From: an uncultured virus (IMG/VR IMGVR_UViG_3300021389_002231)
Lineage: Duplodnaviria > Heunggongvirae > Uroviricota > Caudoviricetes
Direction: 5' to 3' (one strand)
IMG/VR virus record: IMGVR_UViG_3300021389_002231
Length of the DNA: 64,000 nucleotides
Shown here: one piece after another, positions 28,449 to 37,803 of the stretch
Numbering within the stretch: the first letter of the stretch is position 1
Layout: each line of letters begins with the position of its first letter
Translations under genes and position numbers: made by a program
The notes under the pieces: model-generated
What the model saw: only the letters and a program-made list of their open reading frames with translations
Databases searched by the model: none
Told to the model about the DNA's origin: nothing

Positions 28449-28745
28449 ATGCCAATAGAACGAAAAGATAGGTCATTCGATCTGATCTTTGACCAAGTAT
28501 CTATGGATCATGTTCCAGCTGAATATATCAAGGAAGTTAGAGTAGATCTAAGTACAGGTGAAAGAATAACACTAACAAAAGATGATTTGCAGATGATTAA
28601 GAACAAATCTGCAGATGAAATTATTAAGGCACTCACGGTAGATACAATGTCTAATATTAGTTTGAAATTAGATTACACTGCTATTAAATCTGATGTAATA
28701 CGAGGAGTTACTGGGTTTTTAGGAAAACACTTTGATGACAAGTAA
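28449..28745 (+). CDS. Hypothetical protein
   Basis: TAAGGA SD. Confidence 0.75.
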   Translation: MPIERKDRSFDLIFDQVSMDHVPAEYIKEVRVDLSTGERITLTKDDLQMIKNKSADEIIKALTVDTMSNISLKLDYTAIKSDVIRGVTGFLGKHFDDK

Positions 28746-29433
28746 CGTTTGGTTTTGCGGTATACCGGGTAGTAGATGGAGCGGCATTGATATTCAAATG
28801 CGTTCCATACTACCTTGTGATCGAACAGATGAAACACCAGAAAGAACAATGTACCACAGAGCGTACGATCCTAATGATGTTAATAATGGTCATCGCGGCA
28901 GTTATTGGGGCCCTGGAATGGGGTGTGGTGAAGACTGGATAGACTTTAATTTTTTAACAAAAAACAAATTACAAGATGATATTAATAATGTATTCAGTGG
29001 CACAGGATATAGAATTATCAAGTGCCATTTTTTAGCAAGAAAATTTAACTTAGACTTTATATGGAATAATTTTCCTGGAGACAGGATTGTGTTAATTTAT
29101 AGAGAACCTCAAAAAAGTTTTGCATGGTGGAGTGAAGTAATGGATCTTGCACCAGATCATTATCCAGACTATAGACCTGGGTATACAGACTACAATACTA
29201 TGCGTGACTTACTATGGAAAGAATCTGCAAACATGACAGATTTTGCCATACGTAAACAATTACAATTTAAACCTTACAATACAAATGAATTTGCCCTTTG
29301 GGAAGGATTTGACCGTACTAGTGCTTTTGAATTAGACTTTAAAAAGATAAATAATACTAAGCACAAAGATGTTTTTATAGCATCTTGTCAAATACCAAAT
29401 CAAAGGAATAATGTTCATGCCCTCCCCATTTAA
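28732..29433 (+). CDS. Sulfotransferase-like/P-loop-like protein
   Basis: N-terminal GIPGSRWSG loop; IIKCH and IVLIYREP resemble sulfotransferase K-x-H and RxP motifs. Confidence 0.45.
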   Translation: MMTSNVWFCGIPGSRWSGIDIQMRSILPCDRTDETPERTMYHRAYDPNDVNNGHRGSYWGPGMGCGEDWIDFNFLTKNKLQDDINNVFSGTGYRIIKCHFLARKFNLDFIWNNFPGDRIVLIYREPQKSFAWWSEVMDLAPDHYPDYRPGYTDYNTMRDLLWKESANMTDFAIRKQLQFKPYNTNEFALWEGFDRTSAFELDFKKINNTKHKDVFIASCQIPNQRNNVHALPI

Positions 29434-30121
29434 TAAACCTTGGCATTTTAATAAATTTAAAACTGACCTCGAAGGAGAGTATGTTAAGATTATTGGTGTG
29501 TTAGACGGTAATTGGGAAGAAGAAATAAAACACGCCAGAAGCAAAGGCGTAACAAATCAAAACTACAACGAACAAAGATATGAGCATGCGGCTAATGTCA
29601 AAAGCAAAAATCATGTTGTAGAAGATAACGAAAATCCAGACGGGAAACCCGAAGCTACAATGTTTCGTAAAGTTAATTACGATAAATATCCAGAGGAGTT
29701 CCCACAGTTTATGAAGATTACAGACATGCTAGGATTTAATACTACAGAAAAAATAACATGTAAATTTAATGATCAGTATCCAAATGATCAACTAATGTGG
29801 CATATAGATAACTTGCCAGGTAATCCACGTAAAGAGAGAGTTATTGATAACCCAGAGTTTAAGTATCAACATCCTGATAAGATACGTTTTTTAATTACAT
29901 TAGAAGATTGGGAACCAGGACAAATATTTCAATTTGGAAACATTGTATATACACAATGGAAAGCAGGAACAATTTTTGCATGGGAATGGAGTACACTACC
30001 ACATGTTACATGGAATGGTAGTTGGACTAAAAGACCTTGTTTACAAATAACAGGAACTGCAACAGAACAAACATGGGATCTAGTTACAAAAGGAACTAAA
30101 GATACCATATATAATATATAG
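29411..30121 (+). CDS. Fe(II)/2OG oxygenase-like protein
   Basis: WHID...LPHVTWN...RPCL (HxD..H..R). Confidence 0.6.
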   Translation: MFMPSPFNKPWHFNKFKTDLEGEYVKIIGVLDGNWEEEIKHARSKGVTNQNYNEQRYEHAANVKSKNHVVEDNENPDGKPEATMFRKVNYDKYPEEFPQFMKITDMLGFNTTEKITCKFNDQYPNDQLMWHIDNLPGNPRKERVIDNPEFKYQHPDKIRFLITLEDWEPGQIFQFGNIVYTQWKAGTIFAWEWSTLPHVTWNGSWTKRPCLQITGTATEQTWDLVTKGTKDTIYNI

Positions 30122-30129
30122 AGAATAAT

Positions 30130-31554
30130 ATGTCAGATAATAAATTACCAAGCGATACTTTTTGTATACTTCCGTGGATACATTTAAGCACAAGACCAGA
30201 TGGAAGTATGCGAGTATGTTGTACTGCTAACGCATCAAGTGTAGGAGCAACAAATGATAAAGCACACGGTGGACGAGTAGGTATTGTTAAAACAGAAGAT
30301 GGTAAGCCTGCTAACCTAAACAACAGTGATCTTAATAGCAGTTGGAATAACAGCTATATGAGAAGCGTTAGACAAATGATGCTTAGAGGTGATAAGCCAG
30401 CTAGTTGTTTAAAATGCTACAAAGAAGAAGATGCAGGACATAGATCAAAGCGTCAATGGGAAACAGACTATTGGATGCGTGATGGTATTGATGTTGACGA
30501 ACTAGTAGCACAAACATACGAAGATGGAAGTACAGATAGTAAACTACGTTATATTGATATTCGTATGGGAACTAAATGTCAGTTAGGTTGTGTTATGTGT
30601 AGCCCACATGATAGTTCAGGTTGGGTCAAAGACTGGAATGCATTATATCCAAATATTACAAATGAATCTCTAAAAGAAACTATGAATTGGGATTCTAAAG
30701 GTAAAACGTTTGGTGCTAGTTATAATTGGCACAAAGACAATCCTGTATTTTGGGAACAGTTTTATGCACAAATTCCATACATTAGACAATTATATTTTGC
30801 AGGCGGCGAAAGTACAGTTATTGAAGAACATTACAGTATTTTATCTAAAGTTATTGAAATGGGATATGCACATCAAATTGAAGTGCGTTACAATTCAAAT
30901 GGTGTTGAACTTCCAGATAGACTATTAGAACTATGGACACATTTCCAAAAAGTACGTTTCCATTATAGTATTGACAGTATTGGTGCAATGAATGATTATA
31001 TTCGTTACCCAAGTGAATGGGACCATCAACTTAAAATGTTTGAAAGACTAGATAAAGAAACATCTAACAATGTAGAAGTTACAATTGCATGTGCCGTTAA
31101 CGCTCTTAACATTCATTATATTCCAGACTTCCTTAAATGGAAACTTACAAGTGATTTAAAGAAAACAAATATGTGGCCATTTGGTGCAGGTGGTATTAAC
31201 TATCACTTTGTATACTGGCCAGGACATTTAAATGTTAAAGTATTACCAGATGAATTCCTAGACAAGACTGAAAAGAAATATGAAGAATTCATTAAGTGGT
31301 GGAAAGACAATTGGGAACTAGGTGTTCCTAGTTGGCACAAAGGAAAAGTAGATTACCAAACATGGGAAGATGCAAGTTACGGTATTAAACGTTTAAGAGG
31401 AATGATTAGTTTTGCTCGTAGTGAAGACTGGAGCAGACGCTTACCAGAATTTAGAGAATATATTAATAAACTAGATGAGTTACGTGGAACAGATTTCCGC
31501 AAAACATTTCCTGATATGGCATACTTACTAGATGAACCGGAGAATGATAAATGA
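30130..31554 (+). CDS. Radical SAM protein with N-terminal Twitch/SPASM
   Basis: FCILPW..RVCC..CLKC; CQLGCVMC; FAGGE; SIDS. Confidence 0.92.
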   Translation: MSDNKLPSDTFCILPWIHLSTRPDGSMRVCCTANASSVGATNDKAHGGRVGIVKTEDGKPANLNNSDLNSSWNNSYMRSVRQMMLRGDKPASCLKCYKEEDAGHRSKRQWETDYWMRDGIDVDELVAQTYEDGSTDSKLRYIDIRMGTKCQLGCVMCSPHDSSGWVKDWNALYPNITNESLKETMNWDSKGKTFGASYNWHKDNPVFWEQFYAQIPYIRQLYFAGGESTVIEEHYSILSKVIEMGYAHQIEVRYNSNGVELPDRLLELWTHFQKVRFHYSIDSIGAMNDYIRYPSEWDHQLKMFERLDKETSNNVEVTIACAVNALNIHYIPDFLKWKLTSDLKKTNMWPFGAGGINYHFVYWPGHLNVKVLPDEFLDKTEKKYEEFIKWWKDNWELGVPSWHKGKVDYQTWEDASYGIKRLRGMISFARSEDWSRRLPEFREYINKLDELRGTDFRKTFPDMAYLLDEPENDK

Positions 31555-32126
31555 AATATTTACTAGTTGCACTTGAAACAGAAGTGCCAGACATCGAATT
31601 ACCCGATGATTATACACTGATGATTACAGGTGTTGGTAAAATAAATGCTACTATGATGGCTACTATTGCCGCTAGACAGCCAGACTGCGAATGCATTATT
31701 AATTATGGAACTGCTGGAACTTTTAATCCTAAATTAATAGGTAAGCTACATAGAATTGGTATAGTTAAGCAACGAGATATGGATACCCGACCACAAGCAC
31801 CATTGGGAGTTACACCATATGAAGCTACACAATTTGGTGGCGACTTGCAAATTTACAAAGGAAGTAAATTCACATTAACTACAGGTGATAACTTTGTAAA
31901 AGGCAATCCCGAAATGCAAAGTGACTTTGTAGATATGGAAGGGTATGCTATTGCAAAAGTGTCAGGTATGTTTAACAAGCCTTGTATGATGTTAAAATAT
32001 GCAAGCGACTTAGCTAACGAATCCGCACCAGAAGAATGGGAAGCAAATCAAGCCAAAGGAAAAGATATGTTTCTAAAATGGCTAGACGATTTAGAAAAGA
32101 ATATTCAAGAACTAAAAGATGAGTAA
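31551..32126 (+). CDS. mtnN: MTA/SAH (5'-deoxyadenosine) nucleosidase
   Basis: TGVGKINA, NYGTAG, TGDNF, DMEGYA, SDLA. Confidence 0.8.
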   Translation: MKYLLVALETEVPDIELPDDYTLMITGVGKINATMMATIAARQPDCECIINYGTAGTFNPKLIGKLHRIGIVKQRDMDTRPQAPLGVTPYEATQFGGDLQIYKGSKFTLTTGDNFVKGNPEMQSDFVDMEGYAIAKVSGMFNKPCMMLKYASDLANESAPEEWEANQAKGKDMFLKWLDDLEKNIQELKDE

Positions 32127-33378
32127 TTCGGGCTTTTGTGCATTACCTTTTGTACAATACAGTACATACAATGGCGGCCGGTTTAGGTTATGTTGTATGG
32201 CCAAAGAACCCAAAGAACTTGTTAACCAAGAAAAACTAGGTATTGATGGTACATGGAACCACGATTATATTAAAGATGTAAGACAAAGAATGACTGCTGG
32301 TGAGAAACTACCAGAGTGTGTAGAATGTCATCACTTAGAACGCAACGGAATAATGAGCTCACGCCAATGGGAAAACAAGGTATGGGCAGATGTTATAGAT
32401 GATGTAGTAGCAAACGCATCAGCTAATGATTGGGAAATCGATCAACCCCTACAATTTGATTTTAGACTTGGTAACTTATGCAACTTGCAGTGTCAAATGT
32501 GCAACAAGGAAGCATCTCACTTAGTGAGTGTGGAACGGGCGACAATGGTACAAAGCGGACTCGGAGCGAACCATCCTGATTGGGACGGCAATATTGCAAA
32601 CAAAAAAGAAGCATTACTTCAACCTGGAATAGAGTGGGAGAGCTTTGAAAGAATGTTACCATATGCTCGCAAGATAAAACTAATAGGTGGCGAACCTACA
32701 GTTGCAACAGACATGTTTAAATTACTAGACATTGCAACCTCAAGTGGACATGCTGAACATATTGAATTAAGTTTTTACACAAACATAACTAACATGCAAG
32801 ACAAGTGGCTTGATCAGTTAGCTAAATTTGAAAAAGTAATTGTAAACTGCTCGCTAGAAGGCATGGGAGATATGAATGATTATCTCAGACCTCCAAGTAA
32901 GTGGGCAAGTGTATGGAAGAATTTTGACAAGTTAGTTAAGTTCTCAGACACAAAAGAAGGTAAGCGTATTAAGGTGCGTGTTACTACAGTAAACCAAATA
33001 ACCAATGCATTGCATACTGCTACATTTTGGAAGTTTATGCATGATTACCAGATGACTAGTAATAGAGGTATTGGTATGAGTACTAACCAATTAGTAGAGC
33101 CAGCATACTATAGTATGGCACATGCTCCTGAATGGTTGAAAGAAGAACAACGTGAACAGATTTTGGAATTTCTCAAAAGCATTGGCAACAGTCCACATTT
33201 TGAGCAATACGAAGAACCTCTTATGGAACTTGTTAATTTTAGTTTGGATCCTGAGCATAAGTATGATGCTAACATCATGCGCCAGTATGTTCAAATCACC
33301 GAAAACTACGACAGATTCAGACAACACGATATTACCAAAGTGTCGCCCGAATTTGGAAGAATTAAAAGAGACCTCTGA
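32119..33378 (+). CDS. Radical SAM protein with N-terminal Twitch/SPASM
   Basis: FCALPF..LCC..CVEC; CNLQCQMC; GGEP. Confidence 0.92.
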   Translation: MSNSGFCALPFVQYSTYNGGRFRLCCMAKEPKELVNQEKLGIDGTWNHDYIKDVRQRMTAGEKLPECVECHHLERNGIMSSRQWENKVWADVIDDVVANASANDWEIDQPLQFDFRLGNLCNLQCQMCNKEASHLVSVERATMVQSGLGANHPDWDGNIANKKEALLQPGIEWESFERMLPYARKIKLIGGEPTVATDMFKLLDIATSSGHAEHIELSFYTNITNMQDKWLDQLAKFEKVIVNCSLEGMGDMNDYLRPPSKWASVWKNFDKLVKFSDTKEGKRIKVRVTTVNQITNALHTATFWKFMHDYQMTSNRGIGMSTNQLVEPAYYSMAHAPEWLKEEQREQILEFLKSIGNSPHFEQYEEPLMELVNFSLDPEHKYDANIMRQYVQITENYDRFRQHDITKVSPEFGRIKRDL

Positions 33379-33436
33379 TATTACTGACGCAGAAACATAT
33401 CGTCGTTGGGATTGTAAATGGTCTATAGATTTTTAA
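33152..33436 (+). CDS. Candidate overprinted (+1 frame) lipoprotein
   Basis: K..LLILVWILSISMMLTSC lipobox; host-frame codon skew; extends 58 nt past the host stop. Confidence 0.5.
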   Translation: MNRFWNFSKALATVHILSNTKNLLWNLLILVWILSISMMLTSCASMFKSPKTTTDSDNTILPKCRPNLEELKETSDITDAETYRRWDCKWSIDF

Positions 33437-34253
33437 TGCGTTCTACCATACATAGCTCAGGCTTAATCAAACTTTCATTTAATATATCAGCTTCAAAGCA
33501 TTGTAACTTTGTACCAAACACAATTTGATGTGTTATCCACTGTGCATTAAAGAACCAAATATCACCAGGATTAAAAGTAATATAATGTAATGGGTGATGA
33601 AACTGATCCCATTGTTGTTCATTCCAAACGCATTTATTACGCATTTCAGTAATAAATGTGTGTATATTATTCTTATCTAACTCACCTAAATTAAACTCAT
33701 CTTTATAATCATAGTACATTTTTTCTAAGTCAGGTCCAAATGATAAAACTCTAGGACGTTTCTTATCTAGTTGTACAAACATACGTATCTGTTGTTCATT
33801 ACCGGTATGTTGTTCATCTAGTTCATCCAAGTGTAGTTTATTTTCTACTAGTGTATTGTATCTGTGACTAAGCATACGCTCAGTTGTTTTGTAATGTGGG
33901 AATAGCATATCAAATATTTCGTTCCAACCTTCTTGTGATTGTTTATGCTTCTTATGAAATAAGTCTATTTGTTCCTCAGACCAATTACGTTCATCTCTTA
34001 ATCTATCACGTTTTTTAATATGGCTGTTATACCATGGCATAATCCATTTGTTATCAGGAATAGTCCAATCTGGCAAGTCATCATAGTATTCGTAATCTAA
34101 CTTTGGTATGGTTAAATTTTTAATAACTACAGGCCAGCCACTTTCAAATGCTTCGTATAGTTTAAAATTGTCTTCTAGGTCTTGTATTTTAGCGTCGAAA
34201 ACATTGACAATGAAGTCGTTTCCTGCTATAATATCTTTAGCGATACGGGTCAT
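33423..34253 (-). CDS. Kdo hydroxylase (KdoO)-like Fe oxygenase
   Basis: KLHLD, RMFVQLD..RPRV, FNPGDIWF..Q.ITHQIVFG; alternative TTG start 34271. Confidence 0.6.
   Translation of the reverse strand: MTRIAKDIIAGNDFIVNVFDAKIQDLEDNFKLYEAFESGWPVVIKNLTIPKLDYEYYDDLPDWTIPDNKWIMPWYNSHIKKRDRLRDERNWSEEQIDLFHKKHKQSQEGWNEIFDMLFPHYKTTERMLSHRYNTLVENKLHLDELDEQHTGNEQQIRMFVQLDKKRPRVLSFGPDLEKMYYDYKDEFNLGELDKNNIHTFITEMRNKCVWNEQQWDQFHHPLHYITFNPGDIWFFNAQWITHQIVFGTKLQCFEADILNESLIKPELCMVERIKNL
34204..34232 (+). promoter_or_regulatory. Consensus sigma70 promoter with extended -10, antisense to the KdoO-like gene
   Basis: TTGACA-17 nt-TATAAT with TG at the extended -10 position. Confidence 0.8.
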
Positions 34254-34283
34254 GTTTGTATAAAACTCCAATCATGTATATAG

Positions 34284-34309
34284 ATAAATACATATATAAC
34301 AGTATTTAT
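34284..34309. promoter_or_regulatory. Face-to-face late-promoter-like motifs
   Basis: ATAAATAC-N10-GTATTTAT inverted repeat between divergent genes. Confidence 0.55.
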
Positions 34310-34367
34310 GCAAACTAAATCTACGTCCAAATAACATTATGGACAAATATCATATGAGAATAAAAAA

Positions 34368-35453
34368 ATGACAAAATCAATTAATGTATGGAGCGAATTT
34401 CAGCCCCTTAAAAAAGTAGTGCTAGGAGCACCATTTCCACTTGAGACCTTTGATTGGCATGAGGACGAAGAAACACGCAATGTAATGCGTCAAATATTTA
34501 AAGAAACAGCCGAGGACATAAAAGTGCTGGAGGGAATATTAAAGGACAGAGGTATCGAAGTGGTACGTCCTAAAAATATATTTACAATCACAGGTGAAGA
34601 ACAAATTAAATTACCATGGATGCATTGTGGGTTTCCTAACCACCCACTAATGCCACGAGATACACTTATGCCGTATGGTAAGAGTATGTTTGAAGTATTT
34701 ACAGGTAGCGATAATCGTTACTTTGAGAATCTTGCATATTACGATCATTGTTCGCAATGGTTTCGTGAAGGTGCAGATTGGGTTAGTATGCCAGGAGTAT
34801 TAGTAGAGAGTGGTAAAAAATACGACCACTTTGTAGAGAACGATCGACTGCTTTATCATGCGGCTAACATGATAAAGTGTGGACGCCACGTTTTGTTTAG
34901 CCAACCCTATGAGGGAGACAATAAACGAGGCAGAGGCACGGCACTGGGCCGCGAATGGATTCAACGTGAAATAAAGTTGCGATATCCAGACACCCAATTT
35001 TTGGACATTCCAGTAGGAGGACATATCGATGGTAAAATAGCTCTACTAAAGCCTGGTGTACTGATGACCTGGAATAAAAACTGGGTACCAGATGAAATGA
35101 AAGGTTGGCATATTATAGAAGTAGCAGATGACTTTGATATGCCTGAAGACTTTCAACAAACTCGTAAGCGTAGATTTCACAAAGAATATGTAAGCAAGTG
35201 GTTAGAGCATTGGGTAGGTTGTCCAGACGAAAGTGTGTTCGATGTTAATGTATTATCATTAGATGAAAGCACAGTTATTTGTACAGGTAAAAACGAAGCC
35301 GCATTTGCTGAAATGGAAGCACATGGTATTGAGCCAATATATTGGAACTTTAGACATCAGTATTTTTGGGATGGTGGTATTCATTGTTTAACAAGTGATA
35401 TTGTTAGAGAAGGTGATTGCCACGATTATATAACTAACAAGAGGTACTATTAA
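34368..35453 (+). CDS. Amidinotransferase (glycine/inosamine-phosphate family)
   Basis: WSEFQPLKKVVLG, MPRD, HIDG, FDVNVLS, GGIHC. Confidence 0.88.
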   Translation: MTKSINVWSEFQPLKKVVLGAPFPLETFDWHEDEETRNVMRQIFKETAEDIKVLEGILKDRGIEVVRPKNIFTITGEEQIKLPWMHCGFPNHPLMPRDTLMPYGKSMFEVFTGSDNRYFENLAYYDHCSQWFREGADWVSMPGVLVESGKKYDHFVENDRLLYHAANMIKCGRHVLFSQPYEGDNKRGRGTALGREWIQREIKLRYPDTQFLDIPVGGHIDGKIALLKPGVLMTWNKNWVPDEMKGWHIIEVADDFDMPEDFQQTRKRRFHKEYVSKWLEHWVGCPDESVFDVNVLSLDESTVICTGKNEAAFAEMEAHGIEPIYWNFRHQYFWDGGIHCLTSDIVREGDCHDYITNKRYY

Positions 35454-36553
35454 TGAACTGGTATAGACAAATACATAAATTACAAGTAGACATAACAAGT
35501 CATTGTAACGCAAGATGTGGTGCTTGTATTAGAAATGTAGACGGCGGAGAAACTAGACCAGGGTTACCACTTACTCACTTTGATGTAGATGTTTGGAAGC
35601 GTATGGCAACTGTGGATACTAAAGGCTGGTGGGTTAGACAACTAACACTAAATGGAAATTGGGGCGATCCAATGATGCACCCTCATTTAGTAGAAATGTT
35701 AGAAGTATGGATAGATGCACATCCAGAAAGTATGATATCAATTGCAACAAATGGAAGTATGCGTAGTACTAAGTTTTGGTCAGATCTTGCTACAGTATTA
35801 CGTACAAGCTCTCACCACAAAGTTGATTTTGCAGTTGACGGAATGGAAGATACGCATCACATATACAGAAGAAGAACTGTGTTTTCTAAACTAAAAGAAA
35901 ACATAAAAGCATTTACTCAAGCAAAAGGAAATGCAATTGCAGTAATGACCATGTTTGAACATAACCATCATCAAATTGATGAAGTAAAAGAATTATCAAG
36001 AGAACTAGGGTGCAGACAATTTAATGCAAGAAGAAGTCACAGTGATCATATGTTAATTAAAGACGGCAAGGAACAATATGAAATAAAAGGTTGGTATCCA
36101 ACTGGTAATGGCGAACATATAATTGATAACGATGAAGCAGAAATAAAGGTCAGATTTGAAGAAAATGACTGGCCGTTAAGTTCTAATAGAGATAGAATAT
36201 GGTTAGAAGCTAATGAGCGTTTTGAAGAATTAAATGACAACTATATTAAAAGTAAATGTCCATGGAAAGACGATGGTGAAGTACAAATAGACCCGTGGGG
36301 TATAGTATGGCCTTGTTGTCATATAAGTTTATATGGTGGACTAGGAGATTCTAGTCATATGTCAATAAGATTAAACTTTAACCAAGAAGCAGAAGACACA
36401 AAGTTAATAGAGGAAGCTCAACGGTCAAATGATTTACATACTAGATCTTTGAAAGATATATTAAATAATGATTGGTATAATACTACATTAAATAACGCGA
36501 TAGATGATGCAGAATATTATGTATGTAGAAATAGTTGTGGAGTATGTAAGTAA
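35453..36553 (+). CDS. Radical SAM protein with fused C-terminal SPASM
   Basis: CNARCGAC, GNWGDP; KCPW..GIVWPCCH..CRNSC. Confidence 0.92.
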   Translation: MNWYRQIHKLQVDITSHCNARCGACIRNVDGGETRPGLPLTHFDVDVWKRMATVDTKGWWVRQLTLNGNWGDPMMHPHLVEMLEVWIDAHPESMISIATNGSMRSTKFWSDLATVLRTSSHHKVDFAVDGMEDTHHIYRRRTVFSKLKENIKAFTQAKGNAIAVMTMFEHNHHQIDEVKELSRELGCRQFNARRSHSDHMLIKDGKEQYEIKGWYPTGNGEHIIDNDEAEIKVRFEENDWPLSSNRDRIWLEANERFEELNDNYIKSKCPWKDDGEVQIDPWGIVWPCCHISLYGGLGDSSHMSIRLNFNQEAEDTKLIEEAQRSNDLHTRSLKDILNNDWYNTTLNNAIDDAEYYVCRNSCGVCK

Positions 36554-37803
36554 TGTACGTTAATCCAATGTTAAATGATACACGTTATCCAACGTGTCTT
36601 GCACCTTGGAATGCACTTACTATTAAATGGGGTGGAGCAGTATTACCCGATATTATATACAATGGCAAGTTTGGAAACATTACAAGACAAACATTACCAG
36701 AGATATTAAACAGTGAAGAAGCAGTAGCATTAAGAAAATCACATGCAAGCAGAATAGTACCAGAAGCTTGTTTGGCTTGTACTAAAAAAGAAAAAAGTGG
36801 CAAAAGCCGTAGAATGTATTTTTGGGATAAGTTAGACGAAGATGTAAAGCGTGGTAGTATTAAAAACAGTGTAGATAGTAAACCCGATATACGCTACTTA
36901 GACTTTACAATCAGTAATAAATGTAACCTAGCGTGTATACATTGTAATCCTTTTGTAAGTACAGGTTGGACTAAAGATGGAAAGAAATTAAACAAAGAAA
37001 ATCCAGACTATTGGGAAAAAGCACAGATAGGATATCATGGAGTTGAAGACATGTCATTCCTTGATAACTTGTTTGCTGATCCAGAATACTTTCGTAATCT
37101 ACAGTGGGTCGCGTTAAGAGGCGGTGAGCCGTTGTATGATGAAAGTTGTAAAGCAATATTACAATGGTTTATTGATCAAGGATTAGCATCAAACATTATG
37201 CTAGATATTAGTACAAATGCTACAGTGTTTGATGATGACTTTCAAGAGATATTTAAACACTTTAAGCATATTGAATTGCTTATTAGTATCGAAGCAGTAG
37301 ATGAATTATATAGTGTAGTACGAGGCGGTTCGTATACATTTAAAGAACTAGAAGAAAACATAGAAAAGTTTTACACATATCCTAACATTGAGGTTGTGTT
37401 TGCAGTAACAGTTATGCTAACAAACATATTTGGGTTAGACAAAGTATGGAATTGGTTTAAAGAAAAACATATGCACCGAGCAAGTATAAGCATGAGCAAC
37501 GTAGTAGTAAATCCTACATACCTCAATATTGCATACATGCCGGAGGTGTTAAAGTACATTATGTATGATAAATTGCTACAGATACCAGATCAAAGCATTT
37601 GGCCAAAGGGAAGCTATCATGCAGATGAGATACATTATCAAACAGGTATCCACGCTATTAGAGATGGATTGCAAGTTGAAGTAGACGAAGCAGAACAAGA
37701 AAAGCAATGGAAGTGGTTTGTCAAGTATACAGAAGACTTAGACAGATTGCGTGGTACAGATACCTTTGCACTAATAAAGGAGTTGAAATTATACAATGAG
37801 TAA
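36553..37803 (+). CDS. Radical SAM protein with N-terminal Twitch/SPASM
   Basis: CLAPW..CLAC; CNLACIHC; GGEP; the usual CC is replaced (LPDI). Confidence 0.9.
   Translation: MYVNPMLNDTRYPTCLAPWNALTIKWGGAVLPDIIYNGKFGNITRQTLPEILNSEEAVALRKSHASRIVPEACLACTKKEKSGKSRRMYFWDKLDEDVKRGSIKNSVDSKPDIRYLDFTISNKCNLACIHCNPFVSTGWTKDGKKLNKENPDYWEKAQIGYHGVEDMSFLDNLFADPEYFRNLQWVALRGGEPLYDESCKAILQWFIDQGLASNIMLDISTNATVFDDDFQEIFKHFKHIELLISIEAVDELYSVVRGGSYTFKELEENIEKFYTYPNIEVVFAVTVMLTNIFGLDKVWNWFKEKHMHRASISMSNVVVNPTYLNIAYMPEVLKYIMYDKLLQIPDQSIWPKGSYHADEIHYQTGIHAIRDGLQVEVDEAEQEKQWKWFVKYTEDLDRLRGTDTFALIKELKLYNE

Noticed and set aside
34840..35000. Short GC-richer patches (also near 32480-32640 and 40430-40560)
   Set aside because: No convincing alternative ORF or structure found, and the shift cannot be quantified by eye
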